This document shows positions 51,110-62,988 of a stretch of DNA of 64,000 bases, in pieces. Both the position numbers and the translations under genes were made by a program. Positions within the stretch are counted from its first letter, which is position 1. Every line of letters begins with the position of its first letter. The notes below the pieces were generated by a model, which worked only from the letters and a program-made list of their open reading frames with translations, did not search any database and had not been told where the DNA came from. The DNA is from Octopus sinensis (Eukaryota), in contig NC_043001.1 in assembly GCF_006345805.1 (NCBI RefSeq), positions 76,384,001 through 76,448,000 of the forward strand, written 5' to 3'.

Positions 51110-53639
51110 GATGCTTATGCAGAGGCAACGCCACATGTTCCCTTAACGGCGACTGCAACCCAGAGATAGTCGTATATGAGGCAGATGTAATGTTAAAAGG
51201 CCCCAATGGACAGTCAAATTCGTAGAAGTATATGGGCGCGACAGAAGGACCTTCTAAAACCAGATTCATCAACCACAAGTTGTCTTCCAATATCCAGGAG
51301 AGACGCAATTTCACATCCCTAGCATAATCGTTGAAGGTAAACGCCAAAGATTACAACACCAAGTGGAAAGTTTTAGAGACAAGTGGAAAGTTTTGTGCAA
51401 GGCTTATTTTAATAGTAGGAGAAAATGCAATTTATGCTTAGCCAAGAAGAGAATTATATTAAAATTTTTCCGTCACCTGGATATCTACCTAAATTGCAGA
51501 AACGAGATTTTTAGTCCATGTCCATATGAGAGAAGGTATATGTTATACAACGAACGCGTTTTCACAGTGACAATAATGACTAGGTTCTTCACAATAATGG
51601 GAGGACCACACCACGGTCCTCCCATCATCACATCATGAGAATCCAGCAAAGTTTTTAGCTAAACCATATACACATGAACACACGCATATGTTCCCAAAAA
51701 TGGAGCTAAAAGTTCTGGAACTCGCCTAATTCCTCTTCCAAACCTTCCCTTTTACACATATTGCACCTCAGCTAATTCAAGTGTTTTAGGGCCAAGAAAT
51801 ATAACTCTCAATAAATCCCTCGCTCAATTGTCTCTTTCGGCTTCGTTTCTCCTTTTTTCACAGAATCCAGAAACCGGATCAGGCATTATCTCACCTCCAG
51901 TAACAAAGAGCAGTGGGCATATTTTTTTTCTATATCTGATGCACGTGTTAGATAGCCACCCTGTTATGTAATATTCGGTGCGAAACCGATTGGTAAGATC
52001 GGTTGTAATGATATATAACACTGTATACTTTGATAGGTATGGTTGTGTGGTAAGAAGCTTGCTTCCCAACTACATAGTTCCAAGTTCAGTCTCACTGCGT
52101 GATACTTTTGGCAAGAGTCAAGCCTCGGACCGATCAAAGCCTTGTGAGTGGATTTGGTGGACGGAAGCTGAAAGAAGCCCGTTGTATGTATATATATATA
52201 TATAGTTTATTCAAATAAACAAAAAGTTAAAAAACAGAGAAAAATAAGAAAAAAACGAACGTGCGGACGTGTACAAGAAATATGTTAATTAGACGCTCGG
52301 TGAAGGGAAAGAGTTGTTGCATCAGGTTCGTTTCCTGGTGTTGTATGAACATTTAATGTGGTTTTAGAGTCAAGTTTTGGCTGCTATTTCCAGCGTGGTG
52401 GTATCTCTTAGATATCCTAAATTATAATCACACACACACACACACACACACACATGTGTGTGTGTGTCTGTGTATACTAATTATGGGGGTTTAGTTCAAA
52501 CGCTAGGTGAGTGCTGTCTCTCTTGAAAACACGCTCATCGTTTCCACTTAACCTATGGTGGCGTTACTGATTCCAAAGTTTATATTCGTTTCTCTATTAG
52601 TAATTTTACTTGCGTATCTATCTTAAAATGCGCTGCTTGGCGGAGGTCTGCGGAGGATGACATATTTCTAGTTGGGAAGCAAGCTTCTTACCACACAACC
52701 ATACCTATCAAAGTATACAGTGTTATATATCATTACAACCGATCTTACCAATCGGTTTCGCACCGAATATTACATAACAGGGTGGCTATCTAACACGTGC
52801 ATCAGATATAGAAAAAAAATATGCCCACTGCTCTTTGTTACTGGAGGTGAGATAATGCCTGATCCGGTTTCAGGGGCTCCAAAGTTATAGCCGAGATGGT
52901 AGTTATGGAGCCATTGCAGATTTCCGATGCAGCGGATATATAATTGTTAAACAGGACAGCAAATAATAAGGCAAGGCAATCATCGCAAGTTATACATCTC
53001 AAGTTATATACAATGTGTTTGCATTGCCTTAATGTTTGCTATCCTGTTTAACAATTATATATATATTCCACCAATATATTCATACCAACCGGAATTATTG
53101 TATATCCAACTAGAAAAGCACTCGGAGAGCGCAGACCTCCGTCAAGCAGCTCATTTCCGCCCATATACACGCATGCTGAAAATCACCCAAATTCCCAAAC
53201 CAATGCCGGCAAAAACATAAAGTCCTCCCATACTTATTTCGACCATCGTCATCATCAACACTGTCTCTGCTTTCACCACAATCACCGTCAAAACTACGAT
53301 CACCACAATCAGTTTCTTTACACAGTTGAAAATCCATTATCTAATACTCATGGGACCGAGATTGTTGCAGATTTTTGACTTTTCTAATTTCGGAGTGCTT
53401 TATTAAAAAAAATAGCACCTACAAAACGGAACTGTTTGAGGATAGAAACCAGGTCTAAACACAATAGCTCATAGATATACTCTGAATGTAGTTCTATACA
53501 AATCTTTAATAATTTTTTTTTATACTGAAGACCATCAGCAATGTTAAGATATCAGCCTCTACCCACGTTGTCATGCTTTGATTAAAAGGTTACAGCATAG
53601 ATTAGATTACTTAGATAAGTTTCGGCCGAAGTTGACTCA

Positions 53640-54075
53640 GGCCATGTCTAATTTAATAGCACCACCTGGAAGAGATACACAGTCAGCTCTGGGGAACCGT
53701 AGCCCATTCAAGCAGAGGGTTATTGTTTTCAGAGACATATCTGGGTGTGAGTGGTTTATCTGGTATTTGTTGAGGGTAATTATCTCGGGATCGTTTGAAT
53801 GCTGTGAAGTCACTTTCCTCCTTTATGTGTGTTTGGCACGATGTTGAAGAGAGGAGGGCCAATTGAGGTGAAATAGTTCTGTCATAATGTTGTGATACGA
53901 CACGAACATTTCTGTAGTGGACGGATGGCACGGGAGCCAAACTTTGGACGAATTTTAAAGATGGGCAATGTTGATGGATTATTTTCCACATCATACAGAT
54001 GATATAGAGCTCACAGCGGCGTTGAAGAGAGAGCAAAGCCTGAGCTTTTTGAGTCGATCCCAATAATCAAGGCTT
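53640..54075 (-). mobile_element. 3' fragment of a CR1/L2-type LINE
   Basis: ORF 53683-54063: LSLQRRCELY.I..WKII...FKR..D...QIPDKP..P.Y..NNN.LLEW, typical C-terminus after the RT. Confidence 0.7.
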
Positions 54076-54246
54076 GTTATGTCATCCTCCGCAGACCTCC
54101 GCCAAGCAGCGCATTTTAAGATAGATACGCAAGTAAAATTACTAATAGAGAAACGAATATAAACTTTGGAATCAGCAACGCCACCATAGGTTAAGTGGAA
54201 ACGATGAGCGTGTTTTCAAGAGAGACAATCAAAGAACGTAACATTG

Positions 54247-54516
54247 GGATCTTTTCCTTTTGAACGGCAGTTTTCAACACAATTTCTAGTTAACTAAACA
54301 CTTTTAAACTTCATAAACTGGTAGAATGTGTCAAAATAAAAAATTTTTTTCTCTTGGCTTTCTTGAGAAAATTGTAATTTGTAAGTTTAACTTAGTTTAA
54401 TTTTTCGAATTTTAACCAATCCTATGGCCTCTATTGAGCTACCAGTATACGAAGTTTAAAAGTGTTTAGTTAACTAGAAATTGTGTTGAAAACTGCCGTT
54501 CAAAAGGAGAAGATCC
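54247..54516. mobile_element. MITE with 78-bp TIRs
   Basis: Arms 54247-54324 and 54439-54516 are near-perfect reverse complements. Confidence 0.85.
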
Positions 54517-55099
54517 TAGCATTGTAATACTTCATGTAAAGTAGATATAACAAAATGAAAAATCCTTCAAAAATCCATAAAAATTGCCGGATCACTACCA
54601 AAATTTCATCATCTGTTCCTTGTGTTATTACCAACTTTTTCTGCAAGTTTCAACAACTTTTTGAGTTATTTTGCACACAGACGAACAGACGGACAAACCA
54701 GCGCCGATGAAATCATAACCTCCTTCCTTGGCGGAGGTAATTACGTGATGAGCGGAATCGGAAAACTCTGTATTGTCGCTGAGGACATATTCATATTTCT
54801 ACTTCATTGTATTACATACAATTTTGGTTTAATTGCATACACATACATATACACACGTCCATATTCACACTTATACACTCACGTCCATATGCACACACAC
54901 GCGCAATCGTGCACACACACACATACAAATACAGGAAACGCACATCACTTCACACAACGCCCAACTAGGTTACTTGTACACATACACATACATGCTCACA
55001 CACACACATACACACCAGTACATGAAACTCGCATCACTCCACAAAATGTACGCACTATGTTACTTATACAGATACACGCACACAGGCCCACATAATTTT

Positions 55100-55707
55100 A
55101 AGCCTGTCCCCATTCACACATGTTTGGTTGGAGGGGATGCTTGTGTTTGTAAAAAAGCTTCGTAACGCGGTCTTTCCTCTTGTTCTTGATGGTCTGGGAT
55201 AAAAATTGGCCCTTTCTCATCTTGTATGAGCAATACCGAATGTCTTCATGCACTAGCTGCCTGATAAGAAACTCAGACACTCCCCTGTCCCTGGCGATGG
55301 GCCTGATTGGTTTGTGGAGATCGTTGTCGATCATGCTCTGGATCTCACCAACAAATTCAGGAGATCATTTCTTATCAGAACAATCAGAGTGGGCTTTCCG
55401 AGCTGCTGCACCTTCGTAACCACTATTGGAGTCATCCAACTCTTTCCGAATCCTCAGAAAGACACCCTAACACCCTGAAATGTTCGTATTGGAGTATTGG
55501 AGGCTCCGGCGTGAATGCCAAGATGTACAGCGTATCGTTTCCAAATTTCTGGCAGTGTGAATTGCATCATGGTGCTGTTTTTCTCACAGACGATGCCCCG
55601 CTGACCCTACAATACTGTGTAGTCGGCAAAATCCAAACCAAACAATGCGCATGTGCAAAATTAAAAATATAAACTGGCGACAATTTACTCATCACACCAT
55701 GTGTATA

Positions 55708-55710
<3 letters not shown>
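55100..55710 (-). mobile_element. 5' remnant of the same Tc1-like family
   Basis: ORF 55098-55334: IARDRGVSEFLIRQLVHEDIRYCSYKMRKGQFLS. Confidence 0.65.
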
Positions 55711-55747
<37 letters not shown>

Positions 55748-55836
55748 AATAATTGAGATTCAGTTGAATTAGGTACCTAAGTTGAAGCACCATGTCAGTA
55801 CGGTATTGTGCGCACAGCTCGAAGTAAGGTGAATAA

Positions 55837-56389
55837 AATCAAAATAATCAACAAGATATCAAGTAGTGATGCAGTACGGCCATTTCAAGTGGCTCTAATT
55901 GAACAATGCAATCGTTACATCAATTCATATGCAGTGACATCTTCAGCTGCACAAATAAATAAATTCTAGCAAGTAGGACACATTAATATAATTTTTCTCA
56001 AATATTTTAACAGAGCAAGAAGATGGAAGAAATTCATGTTGTCGCTATTGTAGCTAAAAATAGACTACTCTTCCAAGAATCGCATGAAGCCTATTGCGGT
56101 CATATACAACACCATGACCTCAATAGGCTTCATGCGATTCTTGGAAGTGTAGTCTATTCTTAGCTAAAATAACAACAGCATGAATCTCTTCCATCTTCTT
56201 GCTCTGTTAAAATATTTGAGAAAAATTATATTAATGTGTCCTACTGGTTAGATTTCTTTTTATTTATTTGTACAGCTGAAGATGGCATTGCATTTAAATT
56301 GATGTAATCATTGCATTGTCCAATTAAATGGAGTCGCTTGAAACATTCGTACTGCATCATTACTTGATATCCTGTTGCTTATTTTGATT
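55837..56389. repeat. Fold-back element (~270-bp arms, 10-nt loop)
   Basis: Centre GGTCAT atacaacacc ATGACC at 56098-56119; the arms pair outward with scattered mismatches. Confidence 0.9.
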
Positions 56390-56599
56390 ATACACATACA
56401 CACACATACACATACATGTGTGTATGTGTATGTACATACATATGTATTTGTACATACATACATACATACATACATACATACATACATACATACAAACATA
56501 CATGAATATATATGTATATATATGTTTGTATGTATGTACGTTTTTTCGATTTTTTAAATTTTATAAATCTTCCACTGAGGAGGGAGTCGGTTTCCAACA

Positions 56600-57860
56600 A
56601 AGATACAAGGTACCATCTTAGAGTTGTAGTTAACACAGACAAATTCACGTTTGGAACTTAAGAAAAGTCTTGCATATTTTTACCGTTCCACACACAGATT
56701 GGACTTGTAATGTACGAATCAGCTGGTTAATTTCTCTTTCTGAAAATCCCAGTTTATTCAGATTCTCCTTTAAGCATTTTCTAACAAAGCCTAGTGCTCC
56801 AATTATTATTGGTATGAATATGAATTTATAATCTAGATATTGAAGCTGGAGGTTTCGAAGCAGTTGTCCATAGATATCTTCTTTTTCATTGATTTTCAAA
56901 GAGATATTTATATCTGCATGACAGCTAAACTCTATGACAGTACATACTTTTGCCCCTCTGTCCCAAACAACAATATCCGGCCTGTTATGCTTACATTTGA
57001 CAGAAGTTTTGATGGGAATATTCCACCAGTATTCCTTGAGTTGATGTTTAGGAATGTATTCCATAACAGAGGGATTTTCTAAGTTTATTTCAGGACAGTC
57101 TTTTTTGCGGATAGCATTGTAAATTGTTTAAGCAACAACATCGTACCGCATACAGAGGTAGTACCGCGACGACATTTTAGCACAGCTGCTAATCACATGC
57201 GTAATGTCTTCCACAGAAATATGACATAGCCTGCACATGCGGTTGCAGCTTGGGTTTACAAGAGTGTCACTGTCTCCCTTGTTCACCAAGTACTTTGTGG
57301 CAATCTCCTGTTCCTGCATTGCAAACGCATAGCCTTCAAAGTGTGATGTGATGTGATGGAGTGGTCTTGTGTCTAAGAGAGGCTGCGCTTCGTGTCAATT
57401 CTACTGTCTTCTTCAAGCTTCCGGACAACATACGCATGCACGGTCTTTTTTATTTATTTATTTTTTGTATGCTGAGTGCTTTCCATTCAGGTCTTCTCTG
57501 AGGTAAGAGAGTCCAGCTGTTTTGGGGGTGTATAGTGTTATGTAATCATCACAACAAACATGAACAATCAACGTTGCCCATTGTCTCCCTTGATACAAGG
57601 ACATTCAGCAAGTTTCCCGCCACAACAAATACCTTGTACAACAACGGCAGTCTAATAAAGTATCTCGTATCGTTAACACGTTTTTTCAGTCTCTCTCACT
57701 TTCTTAATCTTTCATACTAAGTACTCACTACTTCCTTTAATACTCAATACATTATATATATATAACAACAACATATAGGAGATCACCAGGAAGAGAGTGT
57801 TTGTTGAGGAGTTCACTGTCAACTCGTACAATGTTATTCACTTCACTTTTCAGGACTACA

Positions 57861-57936
<76 letters not shown>

Positions 57937-59860
57937 CTGCTGTTGTTTAGCAGGTGCTGCCTGAGTGATACCATACGGCATTCGAAGGCCGTCTGCATTA
58001 ATCTCAGGCCTCTACCACCTTCATTTCTTCTTAGGTAGAACCTGTCAACATCACTGTTTCTGTGGAAGTTCCTAGTTGTTGTCAAGATTTTGCAGGTTTT
58101 GATATCTATAGAGTGGATTTCCTCTATAGACCAATCAAGTATCCCAAATGTTGCGGTCAAAACTGGTACGGCAAATGCATTGTGGGATATTGCTTTGCTG
58201 TAAGAGAAGTGTTCCGACTGCCATATTTTCCTTAGTCTGGTGTAATATTCTCGGGTCGCTCTATCTTTATTCACAGTGCCTTCATATGATACATTTTCGT
58301 CTATGCCTAGGTACTTATAACATTCTTTGTGTGGAATGGGGGAGACAGAGATACCGTTGATGCATAGGCTTGGGGTTTGGGGAACTGAGGTTCCGCGATC
58401 TTTAACCAAATATGAACATTTCTTTTGACCAAATTCCATACCTATATCAGCTGAAAATGTTATCAATTCCCGTTGCTTTTTGAAAATGTTAACACTTTTA
58501 GAATAAATCTTGAGGTCGTCTACAAAGAAATTATGAGTTACATTGATATTTCTAGCAGTTGAAGATCCTAGCATGTAACCATTTATTTTCTGCAGTAAGA
58601 ACGATAATGGATTCAGTGCCAAAATGAAAAGAAGTACAGAAAGACTATCTCCCTGGAACATTCCCGTTGTAATGCCTCTACTATTAAAAACAATTATTCT
58701 GTTCTCAGTAGTAAGAATAGTTGTCCACATTTTTATGAGTCTCTCTACAGCAGCAGTTACGGCCATGAATGCGGGATAGAGCCTTCTTATAGTTAAGCCA
58801 TTCTGTCATAAGGTTTCTGCGCTGTTTTCTTACTTCAGACAGTCAGCTTTGCTCGGCACATTCCCACACTCCCTTCTTTCCACTTGCCTGTTCATTAGTC
58901 ACAATGTCGTTCGACTCACAATGGTCCCGGAGGAATTGGTTGAGACAATTTGTGTACAGTTTGTACATAATGTTCAGGCGGGCAATGGGCCTGTAGTTTC
59001 CTGCCACCTCGGTGATTTCCTTTTTGACAAGATTTATCCTTGCTGTAGCAAGCCAATGTGATATATCAGTCTGAACTTCCATAGTCCTTTTGAACATACA
59101 TATCAGTTGGTTTCTATAAAATGTCAGCTTCTTGTGCCAATATTTAACTATTAGGTCCCTTCCCATTCTGCAGTTTGCCTACTGATATAGTGAAGGTTTC
59201 TGCATCAATTTTGTAAGTTTTACTGTTAGTGTTGGTACAGTACATTCTCTCTCAACTGTATTTAACCATGATGCATTCAGGTTGAAATACTTCTTTTTGT
59301 TCCAAATTTTTGACCAGATCATTCTGGTCAAAAATTGTAGAACTTCTTGGGAGGGAACTTTCTTAATGGTAATATTTTCCTTCCTCATCTCTCTGTATAA
59401 TGCTTGTGGGTTAGAAGCAAACTTGCAATTGATACTGGCTCGCTCAAAAATTCGCTTGCGATAGCGGAGTTTCTCGCTCATCGTCTTGAGTTCAAAGTGA
59501 TTAGCTTTCCTTCAAGGGCTCGGTGTGAAGAGTTGCCATAAAGTTTCATTAATTTTTGTCTAAGGTAGAGTTGGTGAGGTGTAAACTCATTTTTCTCCTT
59601 ATATTTTACTGTTGTAGTTAACCATCCAATATGGCCGCACACGTTGTTGTCTACTTCAAGTTTTGTTTTCCATCTAGATTGTTTCCGTTTAGTAATTTCG
59701 TTACTTTGTTCAATGTAGATTTCTTCTAGGTGTTCTTTTAGAGTAATAGCGGCTGTGTATATAAGAGTATTAATATTCCAGTAATTAACACCAAATGATT
59801 CCATGTGCTCTCCAGCAACATCGTTGATAACTTTAAACATTAGATGTAAGTATACGGGTA
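56600..59860 (-). mobile_element. R4-clade (Dong/R4-like) RLE LINE, degraded
   Basis: NYRPIA.LN..YKL, GMFQGDSLS.LLF.LALNPLS, FVDDLKIY, YKYLG (RT); CRLC...EDITHVISSC (CCHC); HNRPDIVV..IEFSC..EKEDIY (RLE). Broken by stops, frameshifts, a (TA)n tract and a solo LTR. It may extend 5' to about 60380. Confidence 0.88.
57536..57773 (+). mobile_element. Solo LTR (238 bp) inserted in the R4-like LINE
   Basis: TGTT...AACA termini, internal AATAAA near 57655, 5-bp TSD TATAG (57531-57535 / 57774-57778). The LINE frame reads through when it is removed. Confidence 0.7.
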
Positions 59861-59911
59861 TAAATCTGAACTTGTGAATAGCTGTAAATGCCTCAATATT
59901 TTAGAGTAGGT

Positions 59912-60124
59912 AAGGCGGCGAGCTGGCAGAAACGTTAGCACACCGGGCGAAATACTTAGCGGTATTTCGTCCATCTACACGTTCTGAGTTCAAATCCCGC
60001 CGAGGTCGACTTTGCTTTCATCCTTTCGGGGTCGATAAATTAAGTACCAGTTGCGTACTGTGATCGATCTGATCGACTGGACCCTTCCCCCAAAATTTCG
60101 GGCCTTGTGCCAAGAGTAGAAAAG
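59912..60124 (+). mobile_element. tRNA-derived SINE family B, near-complete copy; other copies at about 26638-26840(-), 30203-30405(-), 30437-30600(-), 33120-33333(-), 34975-35158(-), 36325-36520(+)
   Basis: GGCGGCGAGCTGGCAGAA head, GTTCAAATCC B-box, CTTTCATCCTTTCGGGGTCGATAAATTAAGTACC core; 15-bp TSD with one mismatch (59895-59909 / 60125-60139). Confidence 0.85.
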
Positions 60125-60489
60125 AATATTTTAGCGTAGATGTTTTCTTTTTCGCTGATATTTCTCTTTATGTTGACATCTGGTGGGCAACTGATTTCAT
60201 TACTCTTCTCTGTCCTGAATCACTATGTCTGGTCTCCAAACCACTATGCCTGGTCTACGTGGCACCTTGGTTTTTAGATATTGTTTTTGTTGCAGTGGGC
60301 AGATCTTCTTGAGTACAGCAATGCGTCATATATCTCGGTCATACGAAAGAGAGGACCGAGATTCGTGGCGCATTGCTGTATCCAAGAAGACCCACCCATC
60401 ACAACATAATTAATATCCTAAAATCAAGGTACCACGTAAAATGCCTTGGTGTGGATGCTAGCGCCACGTAAAATGTACCTAGGAAACTA

Positions 60490-60645
60490 TGTAAAGTGTT
60501 TGATGTTAGGAAGATCCAGCTGTAGAAACCTAGCCAAAACACTCTATGGAACTTGGCGCGATCCCTGGCCTTGCCAGTTCCGGTCAAGCCGTCCAACTCA
60601 TGCCAGCATGGAAACCGGACGTTAAATGTTGTTGTTGTTGATGAT
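60490..60645 (+). mobile_element. RTE-tail SINE/LINE end family; other copies at about 1925-2120(-), 10970-11160(-), 19100-19250(-), 19470-19620(+), 31370-31560(-), 37430-37740(+)
   Basis: GGAAG(G)GCATCCAGCTGTAGAAAC ... CCAACCCATGCCAGCATGGAAA..GACGTTAAA followed by a (TGA)n/(TGT)n tail. Confidence 0.7.
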
Positions 60646-60894
60646 GATTTTACTGAGGTTGTCACTGAGAGATTCTGCCTATACCTTTTTTATATTACAA
60701 GTGGCTATGGGCTCTACCACACAGTGGGGTCTTATCTCTTTGATCACATGATTATCTTTCTCACAGATCTCATTGTAAAGTGTATTGGCTACAACATTGT
60801 TTCACCAGTAGATATTAATGTGATGACATTTTTGGACAACTTTGAATTATATCTTCATACACACACATATAGGTAAGTTTTCGGTAAAAGTCTA

Positions 60895-61097
60895 TGACGT
60901 CATGAGTGTGTGTGACATTGGCCTTCGTCTGCTCGACAGAGCTGAACAGTCAAACACGTTCATTATACACACTCACGCATGACTGACGTCATGTACCAAT
61001 ACCAAAAAATTGCCTTTGCCTATGTATCTATGTGTGTGTGTGTAAAGTAGAAAAAAGGCTTTGTTTATAATAGTTGACTTTTCCCAAACAGGAAGTG
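60895..61097 (+). promoter_or_regulatory. Candidate regulatory cluster upstream of CAPZA
   Basis: Two perfect TGACGTCA (CRE) palindromes at 60895-60902 and 60984-60991, CCAAT at 60996-61000 and CAGGAAGTG (ETS-like) at 61089-61097, about 0.7-0.9 kb before the ATG. Confidence 0.4.
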
Positions 61098-61765
61098 ACC
61101 TCACATTAATGTCAACTACACCCACTATATTTCAGCTACATTAATTTCTATTCTAAACATCCTACTCAGCAGAATTTACTTTTATTTTCATGCCAAATAT
61201 TAAAAGTACTTTAAAAGAAATTGCTCTATCAGAAAAAAAAAAAAAATTAGCTCGCTTAGTCCACGTATCATTTTTAGTTGCAATTTTTGTTAATTATGAC
61301 CCTCCCCTACAAACACTTACATACATATACACACCCATGAGTATGTAAATATGTGTGTTTGTGCCCATATGATGTGATGTTCAATTTTGTAAGGGATGAT
61401 TTAAAGAAATCACAAAATTACAATAATTTCTTGAAATGCAACGCAGTCCCAAAGCCCGAAATAATTTATAATAAATATAGACCCGCTAAGCACAGGCACT
61501 CTTTTAGTTCAACATGCGCACACAACTCACAATGATGTACACACATTGACACATAGAGGCATACACAATAGCGTAGGCAAAAACCACCAATAATATTTAT
61601 TATACATTTTTATTTATTTATAATTAGTATATATTTTACATTTTCTCAATACATATCTATAAATATAAAAAGTAGTAAATAATATTACTGATTAAATTTT
61701 TTTTAATTTTAGCTTTTTCCGCCCAGCATGCATCATTCCTTACTTTGCTAACATTCAAAATCAAA

Positions 61766-61804
61766 ATGGCTGATTACGATGATCAGATCTCCGATGGCGA
61801 AAAG
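61766..61804 (+). CDS. CAPZA: F-actin capping protein subunit alpha, first coding exon (MADYDDQISDGEK)
   Basis: ATG in A-rich context (TCAAAATGG), 13 codons resembling the CapZ-alpha N-terminus (MADFDDRVSDEEK), then donor AAG|GTAACA at 61805 in phase 0. Downstream exons were not seen. Confidence 0.8.
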
Positions 61805-62043
61805 GTAACATCTTGTTGACATTTACTTTGTATTCTCATTTAGTAGTTGTCTTGATAAAGAATAAGAATTTTTATTATATTCGAATCTTTTACCCTAAAT
61901 TTCCGGTTGTAACAGTATTTAGTTGCGTGTAATAGAAATCAATTGACATAGTCTTGGTGGATGGGATGTCACACATTCATATATATCAATATATATATAT
62001 ATATATATATGCACATGACTATTTAATATACACATGAAAAATA

Positions 62044-62096
<53 letters not shown>

Positions 62097-62941
62097 CTGT
62101 AATATGTACATTCTTATAATACACATACATAACACTTGACCATGTTTACTGTGCGACCCCTCCCTTCATCTTTTAAAAATATAATTATTCAGTTCGTTAA
62201 TTCATATAATATCATATATATATATATAAGTATTTCAGTGGAATAACCAGTAACATTATTATTATTTCAGTGAATAATAGTTTGATGTTACTCTGTCTTC
62301 ATTATATTTCCGCTCAACACCGCCCTCAATCAAATAATGATTAATTAATTCTATCAGGAACCACCTGAAGATTTTACCCTTCAACCTTCCTAATTTCTTA
62401 AAATTAATTTTTATTCGTTTTGTGCCTTATTTCACATTCTCATTCTTCGTCAAATGTCGTTAATGCACTTTGAAGAGGCATGAATGTCACAAGTTCCTAT
62501 TTCACAGCATTAAAAAAAGAAGAATCTGGGCGTCTTCTTGGATGAAGAAAGCTTATTGGCAGTAGAAGTGGTAGCGTGTTTGCTGGTTGGCTGATTTGAT
62601 GCTTTTACAATATTTCGTTAGCTTCGTACCCTATGGTTTTGAGTTCATATCCCATCAGAGTCAACTCATTGTTTAGATTCTGTTTGTCTCGAGTGATAAA
62701 AGTTATATAATAAAATCGATTCGAAAACGTCAGCTATGACTCCTCTCCCACCTAAAAATTGGTCGTGTGTTTCATCGAACGGCATCAATATATTTATTTG
62801 GCATTCTTTAACTGCAAAGAACAATCATCCTATGTAAAACCGAAAAAAATAAAATAGTTTACAAGGATAGACAACTAGATTCAATTATTATATCGCTTCC
62901 CTTTTAACAAATATGGCCTCTCTCCTTTTACTCAAAGTGGT

Positions 62942-62988
<47 letters not shown>

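Larger units (their letters stand above)
45965..51640 (+). mobile_element. Penelope-like element remnant (Cys-rich linker + GIY-YIG endonuclease) split by the Gypsy insertion; PLE parts are 45965-46034 and 51110-51640
   Basis: Removing the Gypsy and one TSD restores VKKILLGKSIHDTKERCLCRGNATCSLNGDC..VVYEA..KYMGATE..KTRFINHK..KCNLCLAKK..LN.R.E...C. Confidence 0.85.
53108..54740 (+). mobile_element. Helentron-associated element (HINE-like) with nested LINE fragment and MITE
   Basis: 5' AACTAGAAAAGCACTC..., subterminal inverted repeats ACCTCCGTCAAG (53135-53146) / CTTGGCGGAGGT (54727-54738), 3' hairpin, ending TAA|TT. It may be a composite of two copies. Confidence 0.5.
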
